DNA of 64,000 bases, taken from a virus (Duplodnaviria; Caudoviricetes). Below are positions 20,229 to 31,400 of this stretch, piece after piece. Each line of letters begins with the position of its first letter. Within the stretch, counting starts at the first letter, position 1. Under the pieces are notes generated by a model. The model saw nothing but the letters and a program-made list of their open reading frames with translations. It was not told the origin of the DNA and did no database searches. The stretch lies in IMG/VR virus record IMGVR_UViG_3300021442_000250, positions 1 to 64,000 of that record; one strand, given 5' to 3'. A program made the position numbers and the translations under genes.

Positions 20229-22817
20229 ATGGCTAAAGAAACGATAAATGATGGTATTATACCTAATGATGGTCAAGGAGACAATCTTAGGTTAGGTGCC
20301 CAAAAAATAAATTCGAATTTTGATGAATTATATAATGCATTAGGAAATGGAGATACTTTATCTACTATTTCTTCTAATACAGTTACGGCAACAGGAGGTA
20401 ATAAAATTACTTTCTTCTTTGCAACTGAAGGAGATTTACCTAACGCAACAACGTATGACGGAATGTTCGCCCACGTACATGACGACAATACGAATAGAGT
20501 TGCTCACTCAGGTACTTGGGTTAAATTACTCCAAGAAACTTCTTCTATCGATATGTTATCAGATGTTGAGACTTCTAGTCCAGCACCAGGTGATGGTCAA
20601 GCGTTAGTATGGAATAATGCAAATAGTAGATGGCAGGCAGGAAGTATTGATGCAGGCGCATCAACTTTTGTGTCATTAACTGACACTCCAGCAAACTTTA
20701 GTGGAGCTAGTAGCAAATTTGTATCAATTAATTCTGGTGCAACTGCTATAGAATTTACTTCTCCTAGCATTAATAAAATGTCAGATGTAGATGTAACTAC
20801 TACGCCCCCAACAGCTGGACAAGTTTTAAAATGGAATGGTACAAATTGGATTCCAGGTGTTGATGCAACATCAGGAGGAGCAGGATCAGATGCAGATACT
20901 TTAGATGGTTTAGATAGTACATATTTTTTAAATTATAATAATATTACTAACAAAGGACAAAATTTTAGTAAATCTTTTAGCGTATCAGCGGCAACGTATA
21001 CACCTACAACTGGTGTAATGGAATTAACTATTGGTGCACATAATTTAATAATAGGTAACAAAATTAAGATTTCCCCAAATAGTTTAGGTTTTTCTTGTTC
21101 TTTTGATAATAATGTAGCAACTTCAACTTATCCTAGAGCATCAGGATCAGCGGCGCCGGGTGGAGCAGATTATTTTTACAATAAACCAATAGAAATTACA
21201 GCCGTTTCGGCAACAACAATTACAATGAATGTTGGAACTGGAAATGTTAAATCTTATAATGTATCAAATGCAGTATATACACCAGCAACAGGTAATATGG
21301 TATTAACAATTGGAACACATACTTTAGTAGCTGGTAATCATATTGATATTGCAACAGGTGGTTTAACTTTTAGTTGTGCCCTAGACGGACACGCTACTAA
21401 TACAGCATATCCAAGAGCATCTGGAAGTGCGGCACCTGGTGGTTACGATTACTTTTATAACAAACCATGTCAAATTACATCAGTAGGTGCAACAACAATT
21501 ACAATGAATGTTGGTATATCAAGTAATACAACAACACATACTTTTGTAAGTGCTATTAATGGTGCTATAACAAATTCAAATTCACATACATTTATAAGTG
21601 CTTCTGCTGATTGTGTAACATTTTCACAAACTTTTGTAGACTTATCAGACACTCCTTCAGATTATACAGGAGCGGCAGATAGATTTGTTAAAGTTAATTC
21701 ATCAGCTGATGGAATAGTATTTGCTGTTGGTACTTCAGGTGATAGTAATTTATCAGAACTTTCTGATGTAACAACAATAGGAGATTATTACAATGTATCA
21801 AATGCAGTATACACACCTGCATCAGGAGTAATTGTATTAACTATTGGATTACATAGTTTACAAGTTGGTCACAATATAAAAATTGCTTCAAACAGTTTAA
21901 CATTTACTTGTGCAATGGATAGTAATGCAACAGAACATACATATCCAAGAGGAAGTGGATCAGCTTACGCAGGTGGAAAAGATCCTGCATATACTTCAAC
22001 ATCTGCAATTACGGCAGTAGGTACAGATTCAATTACTGTAAATGTTGGTATATCTAGTAATACAACAGCACACACTTTTGTAAGAGCTAGTGACAATTGT
22101 ATATCAGTTACTGAAAAAACTTATAGTACATCAGCGGCAACATACACACCAGCAACTGGAGTAATGCAATTAACAATAGGAACCCATGCTATTAAGTCTG
22201 GACATTCTGTTATGATTGCGGCAAATAGTTTGACGTTTACGTGTGCAATGGATAGTCATAATACACAACATACATATCCAAGATCATCTGGCGGAAACGC
22301 ACCTGATGGAGTAGATTATGTATATAATAAACCAGTTTTAGTTACATCAACAACATCAACGACAATTACAATGAATGTTGGTGTATCTAGTAATACAACA
22401 GCACATACTTTTATAAGTGCTAATGCAAATAATGTAAAAGTTGCACCAACACATGGTGATTCATTATATTTCAATGGAGTATCTTGGGTAAAACAAAACG
22501 GACCAATATCAAGATATGAAATTACAAATGATGGAAACAACAATTATGTTTGGGAAGGACCTGGTTTTACAACTGGAACTAATGATCCAGTAATGTATAT
22601 GAACAGAGGTCATACATACGTCTTGAATAATAATTCGGGCGGCAGTCATTCATTTGAAATAAGAGTTAGTAATGGTGGTTCAGCATATACTAGTGGAGTA
22701 ACAGGTGATAAAACAAATACGCAAGTATTTAGAGTACCAATGGATGCACCTAGTACATTGTATTATCAATGTACAACTCATACAGCAATGGGTAACACAA
22801 TTAACATAGTGAGCTAA
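20229..22817 (+). CDS. Baseplate/fibre protein with T4 gp9/gp10-like N-terminus, four His/Cys modules and a C-terminal cupredoxin-like domain (862 aa)
   Basis: NDGQGDNLR.GA.KIN.NF.ELY N-terminus, LSDV...P..GQ.L.WN repeats, ends APSTLYYQCTTHTAMGN. Confidence 0.75.
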   Translation: MAKETINDGIIPNDGQGDNLRLGAQKINSNFDELYNALGNGDTLSTISSNTVTATGGNKITFFFATEGDLPNATTYDGMFAHVHDDNTNRVAHSGTWVKLLQETSSIDMLSDVETSSPAPGDGQALVWNNANSRWQAGSIDAGASTFVSLTDTPANFSGASSKFVSINSGATAIEFTSPSINKMSDVDVTTTPPTAGQVLKWNGTNWIPGVDATSGGAGSDADTLDGLDSTYFLNYNNITNKGQNFSKSFSVSAATYTPTTGVMELTIGAHNLIIGNKIKISPNSLGFSCSFDNNVATSTYPRASGSAAPGGADYFYNKPIEITAVSATTITMNVGTGNVKSYNVSNAVYTPATGNMVLTIGTHTLVAGNHIDIATGGLTFSCALDGHATNTAYPRASGSAAPGGYDYFYNKPCQITSVGATTITMNVGISSNTTTHTFVSAINGAITNSNSHTFISASADCVTFSQTFVDLSDTPSDYTGAADRFVKVNSSADGIVFAVGTSGDSNLSELSDVTTIGDYYNVSNAVYTPASGVIVLTIGLHSLQVGHNIKIASNSLTFTCAMDSNATEHTYPRGSGSAYAGGKDPAYTSTSAITAVGTDSITVNVGISSNTTAHTFVRASDNCISVTEKTYSTSAATYTPATGVMQLTIGTHAIKSGHSVMIAANSLTFTCAMDSHNTQHTYPRSSGGNAPDGVDYVYNKPVLVTSTTSTTITMNVGVSSNTTAHTFISANANNVKVAPTHGDSLYFNGVSWVKQNGPISRYEITNDGNNNYVWEGPGFTTGTNDPVMYMNRGHTYVLNNNSGGSHSFEIRVSNGGSAYTSGVTGDKTNTQVFRVPMDAPSTLYYQCTTHTAMGNTINIVS

Positions 22818-22823
22818 TAATTT

Positions 22824-23180
22824 ATGGCACAAAACGAACTTGGAATAGGTATAGAAGAATTAACAAATACACTTGGAGACTCTAGGTATTTTTATGGACT
22901 TAGAAGAACTAATACAGGTGAAGTATATCTTTCTAAAGTAGATTTATTAGAACTAAATGATGGTGTACAAATTAATAGACCCGGTGCTACACCAGGAAAT
23001 TATAAAGACTTTACAAGAGGTGAAGACTTTTATGATGGTAGAGACTCCCAACATAAAAAAACTTATGAAAATTTAGTATACGAACAATATAAATGGGACG
23101 GTAGAAATATTAATTATTATATTAACAATGAAGGTGAATTAGTATTAAGAGTTAATGAACAATATGTATACAATACATAA
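22824..23180 (+). CDS. Hypothetical virion protein, RYFYGLRRT paralog 2
   Basis: Paralog of 19751..20209. Confidence 0.7.
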   Translation: MAQNELGIGIEELTNTLGDSRYFYGLRRTNTGEVYLSKVDLLELNDGVQINRPGATPGNYKDFTRGEDFYDGRDSQHKKTYENLVYEQYKWDGRNINYYINNEGELVLRVNEQYVYNT

Positions 23181-23204
23181 AATAAATACTAGTAATTAGG
23201 ACTT

Positions 23205-26200
23205 ATGGCAGATTTTAAAATAGATAGAATACGTTTTAAATGGAAAGGTGACTGGCTAGCTGGCACTCAGTACGTTAAAGATGATATCGTAAGATATGGT
23301 GCAAAAGTTTATACTTGCGTGGAAGTCCACTTCGCTGACTCCAATTTTTATAATGACTTAGATAACGCTACACCAAGATGGTCTCAAATGATGGACGGTC
23401 AGTCTTGGACTGGAAACTGGCAACCTAATAAATTTTATAAAATAGGTGAAATAGCAAAAGTTGGTGCAACACTTTATAAAGTTACTCAAGGTCACTTATC
23501 AAATGCAGATGCAAATAATGGAATATTAGGTGATGAATCTAAATGGGAATACTTTGCAAGAGGTGAAAAATGGACATCTATTTGGCAACCTAGTACACTT
23601 TATAGTGTAGGTGAAACAGTTGTTTATGGTGGATCAGTTTGGAGATGCGTTTCAGCACACACATCATCTACAGCGGTAGCTGGATTAGAATCTCATCAAG
23701 CTAATTGGATACAATATCATAGATCAGACAATTACAGAGGCTATTGGACACCTAACACAAGATATTATCCAGATGATATTGCAAGATATGGTGGTACAGT
23801 TTATAGAGCTTTATCTGGACATACTTCTGCTCCACATGATAGTTGGACAGGATTTACATCAGCAGATTATTCTACAAATTCTGCCAATGGTGCAGGTGCA
23901 ATTTTAAATATTTTCAAAGTTGATTCAACTTTTTATGCAAAATTTACAAATACAGGAACAAACTTTTCTGCTACAAATACTATTACTTTAGTAGGTAGTA
24001 AAGTTGGCGGTAATGATGGTGCAAATGATCTAGTAATAACAATTAGTACCGTAGATGGTAGCGGAGCAATTTCTACTTTTACTGTAAATGGTACAGCGGT
24101 TGCTGGAACTAATGGTTTAGAAGCCGATCAAGCTAAATGGCAAACAGTAATTGAAGGTATAGATTATATAGGCCATTGGGCAGAAGGAACAAAATATAAT
24201 AAAGGTTCATTAGTATCTTGGAGTCCGGGAATTTGGAAAGTAACAACTGATCACTGGTCAACAACTCCACACATGAATGAAACTAATTTTTCATTGTGGG
24301 TACCAGGTGCAGAATATGAAGGTTCTTGGGATTCTAATACATATTATCAAAAAGGTGATGTTGTACAATTTGGTGGATACAGTTATTCTGCTTTATTAAG
24401 CAATACAAATATTCAACCAGGTGTAACAGATAGTACAAATACTTGGGAATTATTAGCCGCAGGTTATAACCATCGTGGTGAATGGGATAGTACAGCTTCA
24501 TATAAAACTGGAGATATAGTTAGAGCAGGTGGTAATTTATTCATAGCAGTACAAGTTAACACAAATCAAGATCCAATTACAACTTTTGTTTATGATCCAG
24601 GTAGTGATGCTCCTGATCCTTGGCAATTATTAGTAACAGGTAAAGCATTTAAAGGTCCTTGGAAAGAAAGTGATACTAATGGAGCAATTACTTACTATGT
24701 AGGTGATGTAGTTACAGAAAAAGCAGACTTATATGCTTGTATAGAAACTCATGTTGCAACTTCTTCAGATGCTAAACCAACTTTAGACGAAGAAAGTGAC
24801 GAGGTTGGACCACTTTGGATTAGATTGGCACAAGGTGCTACAGGTAACATATTAGAAATAGATGGAGATTTAAAATCTCATTCTGGATCTGACGCAACAA
24901 GAATTGCAATAGGAACTTTTGGACAATTATTCAAAGTTAATGACGCTAATGATTATGGAATATGGGGAGATCATGATGTAGTTGCTAAAGTATTTTATGT
25001 TTCACCTTATGGAACAGATACACTAACAAGTGGTAAAAGTGTTGCAGGTCCATTTAGAACAATCAAATATGCTTGTGATTTTGTTCAACAAGATTTGGCA
25101 AATAGAACACCAGCTACTATAATTGTTAAAACAGGTGTTTATGAAGAAATTTTACCTATAACAGTTCCAGCAAAAGTTCATATTTGGGGAGACTTTACAA
25201 GACGTGGTGCAAACGTTAGACCTAAAACAGGTTACGAAGGAACAGATATGTGGCGTTTACGTGATGCAACAGGACTTGCAAATATAACAATGCAAGGTTT
25301 AACTGGTTCTTTAGGTTCTGAAAATCAATATGGAACAAAAAGACCAACAGGTGGAGCATATGTTTCTTTAGATCCAGGAAGTGGACCAGGTGATGGAACA
25401 GTTTGGATTACTTCTAAATCTCCTTATATTAAAAATTGTTCAATATTTGGGACAGGTTGTACAGGATTAAAAGTAGATGGTGACTTACATAATGGCGGAT
25501 ATAAATCTTTTGTTGCAAATGATTGTACACACTTTATTGAAAATGGTGTTGCGGCTTGGGTTAATGGAGATGCTAGAGTAGAATTTGTTTCAGTATTTGC
25601 TTATTGGGCCCATATAGGATATCTAGCAACAGCTGGTGGAAAATTTAGAGCAACAAATGGTAACTGTTCATATGGAGATTTTGGTGCAGTTGCAGAAGGA
25701 CTTTTAGCAAGTGAAAGTCCTTTAACAGGAAAAGTTAATAACCAATCACAAGAAGCACACATAGACAAAGTATATAATGATGAAAATGAAATTTTTGCTT
25801 TTGCTTTTGATCACGCTGGACAAAATTATACTTCAGCAAGTATAACAATTTCAGGATCAGGTGAAGGTGCGGCAGGAGCCATACGTTGGCCACAAATAAG
25901 AAATGGTGCAGTAAACAAAATTAGAGTTACAGGTAATAATGATTCTACAACACCAGGTGGTACAAATTATACCGAAGTATTAGGAAATGCTCAAATTGGT
26001 ACAAGTAAAGAAATTACGTTAGCACCTCAATATGCCGGAACAACAAATAATACTGTTGGACAAAGAATTTATATTTGGGAAGGTGCAGGTAGAGGACAAT
26101 ACGGATATATTTCTGGTTACAATTCTACAACAAAAGTTGCAACTGTTAAAAAAGAATTTGACGATACAGATGGTTGGCAACACTTCATGGGTGGTTACCC

Positions 26201-28358
26201 AATTGAAAGAATATTAGATGCATCTACAAAATATTCAATAGAACCTAGAATTACTATTTCTCCTACAGCTGGAAGTAGAAGTAATGTTAGCTATGGTTCA
26301 ACAGGAGAAATGCTATTAGGTGCTTCAGGAAAAATTGGAGCATCGGATATTACAACTGTAATAGGAAATGGTGTAGGTAATAGAACTACTGATGGTACAA
26401 GTTGGCTTGCCGCAGGTGGTATTCCTTCTAAAGATTGGAATAGTATTACTAAAACAAATAATTATTTTATAGCAACCGCGGCTGATGGAACAGTAATTAG
26501 ATCAGCTGATGGACAAAACTGGACAGATATTAGTGCAAATATTCCTTCAGATGTATTAAGAGCATCTGCTTGGGACGTTACTGAAGAAATTTTAATTATA
26601 GCATCTGAAACAGGAATGATATACAGATCAACAGATGAAGGTGCTACATTTAATTCAATTCAAGTTGAACTTTATGATGGTTCAACTCAAGTGTTTACAC
26701 AACTTGCTTGTGGTAATGGATTATTCATAGCCGCAAATGCATCAGGACAAACTTGGGAAAGTATGGGTGGTGGAACAACTTGGACTAAAGCCTCTAATAT
26801 GGGTGACTTTTTAATGGATACTAATTCTGGTTTACAAACAGTTCATAGATATAATTTGAAAAAATTAATGTTTGGTGGTGGTAAATTTATCGCATCAGTA
26901 CAAGATGCACCTGGTGATGAAAGTACAGTTGCTAATAAATTTTTAATATCAAATGCTAACGCGGCACAATCACAAACGTCATCTTCTTATAGTTGGTCAG
27001 AAAGTGATACGCCTCCACACGCAGGACCATATAATGATGTTGCATATTCTCAAGGAGTTTATGTTGCAATAACTGATGGTGGTGACCATGCATATAGTTT
27101 TGATGCATTTTCTTGGAAACAATTAGATTCAGCATTGGCAGGATCTTATAATGGTATAGTAGCTGGAAGAAATTCTACAGGCGGATACTTTATTCCATTA
27201 CGAACTGGTTCTCAGTCTGGTGCAGAAAAAATTCTAAAAGGTGCTACACCTTTAGCTAAAGTAGTTACAAATTCTTCAGCAATTAATAATATACAAATTT
27301 TAGATCCAGGTAGTGGATATTCTTCAGAACCTACAGTTACTATTACTGATAATTTAAACACTGCTGACGCAACATTTAAATCATTTGTACATAATGGAGT
27401 ACTTTCTCAACCAGAATTTACAAACAGAGGTACAGGATTTATAAATGTAACTGCAACTTTAAGTGGTGATGGTTTTGCAGATGAATATCAAACTGGAAGT
27501 TATTTAGAAGTTAAAGAAATGACAGGCAAACCAGGACCAGGAGCAATTTTATATATAGATGGAATTGATGACCAAGTTTATAGAATTACTCAGATTAATA
27601 AAATAACAGGAAGTTCTCCAAACATTGCCGCTCAGTTTAGAGTAACACCTAAAATAAAAGCAAATGAATCACCTGCTAATGATATAGCTATAACAATAAG
27701 AGAAAAATATTCTCAAGTTAGATTAACAGGTCATGATTTCTTAGATGTTGGAACTGGTAATAAATCTACAACTAATTATCCAGGTTTATACACTAGTGGT
27801 TATACACCAGGTTATGAACTTAAACAACGAAATGAAACAGTATCAAATGGAGGTGGAAGAGTATTTTATACTTCTACTGACCAAGATGGAAATTACAGAG
27901 TTGGAGAATTATTTGAAGTAGAACAGGCAACTGGAATAGTAACTCTAAATGCTGATTTATTTGACTTATCAGGTTTAACTGAATTAAGTTTGGGTGGAAT
28001 TGTAATAGGTGGAACTGAAGTTAGAATTGAAGAATTTAGTACTGATGGAACAATGGCGGCTAATAGTGATAGTGTTATTCCAACACAAAGAGCTATTTCT
28101 TTATACATAGGTTCTAAAGTTTCTGGCGGTGGAGCAAATCTTTCAACAAATGAAGTAAGAGCAGGACAAATTAAATTAAGAAATACAGAAATATTTAATG
28201 AAGCATATCCTACAAATGGAAAAGTTGTATTTTCTGGAGCGGTTTCTATAGCGTCTGTAAGTGGTAGTATCGTAGCAACTTCGTACTTTTTAGGGGCAGG
28301 ACCGGCTGAATTTTTAAATGAAGGTGGACCTGAAAGAGACGCATTATATGGTGAATAA
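23205..28358 (+). CDS. Giant tail fibre/adhesin (1717 aa): CBM5/12-like repeats, beta-helix, Asp-box propeller
   Basis: Tandem W...T.Y...D.V.YGG..Y.C...H repeats; FYVSP.G.D beta-helix cap; Asp-boxes RSADGQNW and RSTDEGATF; C-terminal SQVRLTGHDFLDVGTG...GGGRVF.T.TDQDGN.RVG shared with 28407. Confidence 0.8.
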   Translation: MADFKIDRIRFKWKGDWLAGTQYVKDDIVRYGAKVYTCVEVHFADSNFYNDLDNATPRWSQMMDGQSWTGNWQPNKFYKIGEIAKVGATLYKVTQGHLSNADANNGILGDESKWEYFARGEKWTSIWQPSTLYSVGETVVYGGSVWRCVSAHTSSTAVAGLESHQANWIQYHRSDNYRGYWTPNTRYYPDDIARYGGTVYRALSGHTSAPHDSWTGFTSADYSTNSANGAGAILNIFKVDSTFYAKFTNTGTNFSATNTITLVGSKVGGNDGANDLVITISTVDGSGAISTFTVNGTAVAGTNGLEADQAKWQTVIEGIDYIGHWAEGTKYNKGSLVSWSPGIWKVTTDHWSTTPHMNETNFSLWVPGAEYEGSWDSNTYYQKGDVVQFGGYSYSALLSNTNIQPGVTDSTNTWELLAAGYNHRGEWDSTASYKTGDIVRAGGNLFIAVQVNTNQDPITTFVYDPGSDAPDPWQLLVTGKAFKGPWKESDTNGAITYYVGDVVTEKADLYACIETHVATSSDAKPTLDEESDEVGPLWIRLAQGATGNILEIDGDLKSHSGSDATRIAIGTFGQLFKVNDANDYGIWGDHDVVAKVFYVSPYGTDTLTSGKSVAGPFRTIKYACDFVQQDLANRTPATIIVKTGVYEEILPITVPAKVHIWGDFTRRGANVRPKTGYEGTDMWRLRDATGLANITMQGLTGSLGSENQYGTKRPTGGAYVSLDPGSGPGDGTVWITSKSPYIKNCSIFGTGCTGLKVDGDLHNGGYKSFVANDCTHFIENGVAAWVNGDARVEFVSVFAYWAHIGYLATAGGKFRATNGNCSYGDFGAVAEGLLASESPLTGKVNNQSQEAHIDKVYNDENEIFAFAFDHAGQNYTSASITISGSGEGAAGAIRWPQIRNGAVNKIRVTGNNDSTTPGGTNYTEVLGNAQIGTSKEITLAPQYAGTTNNTVGQRIYIWEGAGRGQYGYISGYNSTTKVATVKKEFDDTDGWQHFMGGYPIERILDASTKYSIEPRITISPTAGSRSNVSYGSTGEMLLGASGKIGASDITTVIGNGVGNRTTDGTSWLAAGGIPSKDWNSITKTNNYFIATAADGTVIRSADGQNWTDISANIPSDVLRASAWDVTEEILIIASETGMIYRSTDEGATFNSIQVELYDGSTQVFTQLACGNGLFIAANASGQTWESMGGGTTWTKASNMGDFLMDTNSGLQTVHRYNLKKLMFGGGKFIASVQDAPGDESTVANKFLISNANAAQSQTSSSYSWSESDTPPHAGPYNDVAYSQGVYVAITDGGDHAYSFDAFSWKQLDSALAGSYNGIVAGRNSTGGYFIPLRTGSQSGAEKILKGATPLAKVVTNSSAINNIQILDPGSGYSSEPTVTITDNLNTADATFKSFVHNGVLSQPEFTNRGTGFINVTATLSGDGFADEYQTGSYLEVKEMTGKPGPGAILYIDGIDDQVYRITQINKITGSSPNIAAQFRVTPKIKANESPANDIAITIREKYSQVRLTGHDFLDVGTGNKSTTNYPGLYTSGYTPGYELKQRNETVSNGGGRVFYTSTDQDGNYRVGELFEVEQATGIVTLNADLFDLSGLTELSLGGIVIGGTEVRIEEFSTDGTMAANSDSVIPTQRAISLYIGSKVSGGGANLSTNEVRAGQIKLRNTEIFNEAYPTNGKVVFSGAVSIASVSGSIVATSYFLGAGPAEFLNEGGPERDALYGE

Positions 28359-28406
28359 GGATTTAATAGTAATGATAAATAAAAGATATAAAAGGATTTA
28401 ACAAAA

Positions 28407-31400
28407 ATGGCTGAGTTTAAACTAGGTAGAATTAAGTTTGTTTGGAAAGGTTCCTGGGCAACTACTACAACTTATTATGTTGATGACGTAATAAGATATG
28501 GTGGTAGAACTTACAATTGCGTAACTAATCACACATCTGGTACATTTCAAACTGATTTAGGTGCTGTAAAATGGCAACTAATGTCAGATGGTATAGAGTG
28601 GAAAAGTGAGTGGGTTGCAAATACAACTTATAAACCAAATGATGTAGTAAAATACGGTGGTTACATTTATCTTGCTAACACTGGACATACCTCAGCGGCA
28701 ACAGAAGCTTTAGGATTAGAAGCTGATCAATCTAAATGGGATTTATTCATAGAAGGTTTTGATTGGAAATCTGATTGGACAATTTCTACAAGATATAAGA
28801 AAAACGATTTAGTAAAATATGGTGGTTCAGTTTATCTTTGTATAACAGAACACACATCAGATAACACAACAGCAGTTGGTCTAGAAGGTCAACAAGCTAA
28901 ATGGGAAATTTTTGGAAAAGGTTTTGTTTGGTCAGGCGACTGGGCAATCAATTCTAGATATAAAGTTAATGACACCGTTAGATATGGTGGACAAATTTAC
29001 GTTGCTATAACTGGACATACTTCAGCGGCAACTGAAGCAGATGGTTTAGAAGCCAACCAAGGACAATGGCAAGCCTTACACAAAGGAATTGAATTCAAAG
29101 GTGACCATGCAACAGCAACAAGATATAAAGTAAATGATGTTGTAAAATATGGTGCAAACATTTGGATTTGTATAACACAACATACATCATCAGGAATTTT
29201 ATCAGCCGACGAAGCAAAATGGAATGTTTTAATTCCAGGTATTGAATTTGAAGATACTTGGAGCAACTCTACAAATTATCAACCAGGTGACTTTGTTACT
29301 TACGGTGGATATAGTTATGTTGCAGATAGAAATAATATTAATAAACTTCCACCTGATGAATCAGACGACTGGACTTTATTCGTAACAGGATTTAATTTAA
29401 GAGGTGACTATAATGGCGCAACTGCATACAAACAAGGTGACGTTGTTAGAGTTGGCGGTTTCACTTACCTTGCAATTGCAGATACTACAGGTAATAGACC
29501 ACCTAATGTAACTAAATGGGACAAACTTAACGAAGGTTTATATTGGAAAGGTGCTTGGACAAATGCAACTGACTATGACAAAGGAGATATAGTAAGAGGT
29601 ACAACAAACACTACTACAAGTTATCTTTGTATAACAGAAAACACATCAAATAATGTTGGTCCATCAACAATTAATCAACCAGACTATCCACCAGGAGCAG
29701 GTGTTGATACTAGTGCATGGCAATTATTGTCAGGTGGAGCAGAAACTACTGTATTATCTACAAAAGGTGACATTTTAATTTATGGTCAATCAGGTCCAGC
29801 AAGATTACCAATTGGTAAAGCAGGACAAACTTTAGTTGTAAACTCAGCAGGTGACTTACCTGAATGGGGATACTTTGGTTCAATCGATCAAGTTTATTAT
29901 GTAGGACCTGCTGGACAAGACAAACCTTCTCCAGATGCAGGAACAACTCTTGATAAACCTTGGAAATCTTTAAGATATGCTTTACATGGCATTGAACAAG
30001 GACCAAGAAATCCTCAAGGAACTTATTTGTTAGAAAGAAACAAAGCATTCATTCAAGAAGAAACTTTAGCTTGGATTAATGCACAAATTTCAGGAAATAC
30101 TTCACCATTTACAAATGCTTACACATACGACGCTGTTAAATGTAGAAGAGATGCAGGATTTATGTTAGATGCACTTTTATATGATTTAAGACATGGTGGA
30201 AATGAAAAATCAAGATATGCAACAATTAAAATTTCAACTCAAACTGAATTTGCAAATCATAAAGATGAATTAACAGCTTATCTTAATAGATTAGTTTATA
30301 TTTCACAACAAGTTGTAGCCAATAATGCAGGCTACTCTGCTTTACAAGCCACAGTTCCTCATTATATTAATAATGATTATGTATCTGAAGCGGCTGTATC
30401 AGGTGAAATTGCAAGTTATGTAAAAATTGCAACAGATTGTCTTGCGGCAGGAAATATAGCAGGAGTACCTGCAGAAGAAGTTCCACAAACTACATTGTTT
30501 GCTAAAAGCGGAACATATGAAGAAGTATTACCTCTTTCAGTTAAAAAAGGATTAGCAATTGTAGGAGATGAATTAAGATCAACAATTGTTAAACCAGCAG
30601 GTCAAGTTACAGGTTCAAGCGATACAGTATTCACTTTAGCAGGTATTGGAAGAATGCAGGCTATTATATCTGATATAGTTACAAATGCTTCTGTAACACC
30701 AACACCAGTAGGCGGAGTTATATCTTTTACAACACCAGCACCAGATTTAGGTTTTGTTAACGGAACTTATACTAACGTTGCATTAACAGGTGGTAGTGGT
30801 TCTGGATGTACAATGGATGTAACTGTATTATCATACACAATTACATCTCTTACTATTAATAATCCAGGACAAAATTATGCAATTAATGATAACTTAACAA
30901 TTCCAGCGGCAACAATTGGTGCAGATGGTATAACAGTAGTTGGTAGTATTACAACAGGAAATAATTTAACACAAAATACATCCAACCCAGCAGGTTCAGG
31001 TGCGGCAGGAACAGCGGCGGCGGCAATTGCACAAAATATTTACGATCATATAGATTTCAAAGTTAATGCAAATGGAGCCGATCCAACATTAACAGGTACA
31101 AATACTGCTCAAGCAGATGCAGGTTATTCAGATGCAAGATTAAGATTATTAGCAAATATGGATTTTGTTGCATTAGAAGTTGCAGAATTTGTACAAAGAG
31201 CAAATCCATCTCATAGTAACTTTAAAACTAAATGTTTGGCAGATGTTAAAATTTATCTTCAAGCAATTATGGATGACTTACAATATACTGGAAATTACAA
31301 ATCATTAAAAGCATCAGATGCCTATATTAATTCTAGACTTTCTACTGGTTCAAGTGCAAGTGATATGTTCTATTGCAGAAATGCAACTGGAATTAGAAAT

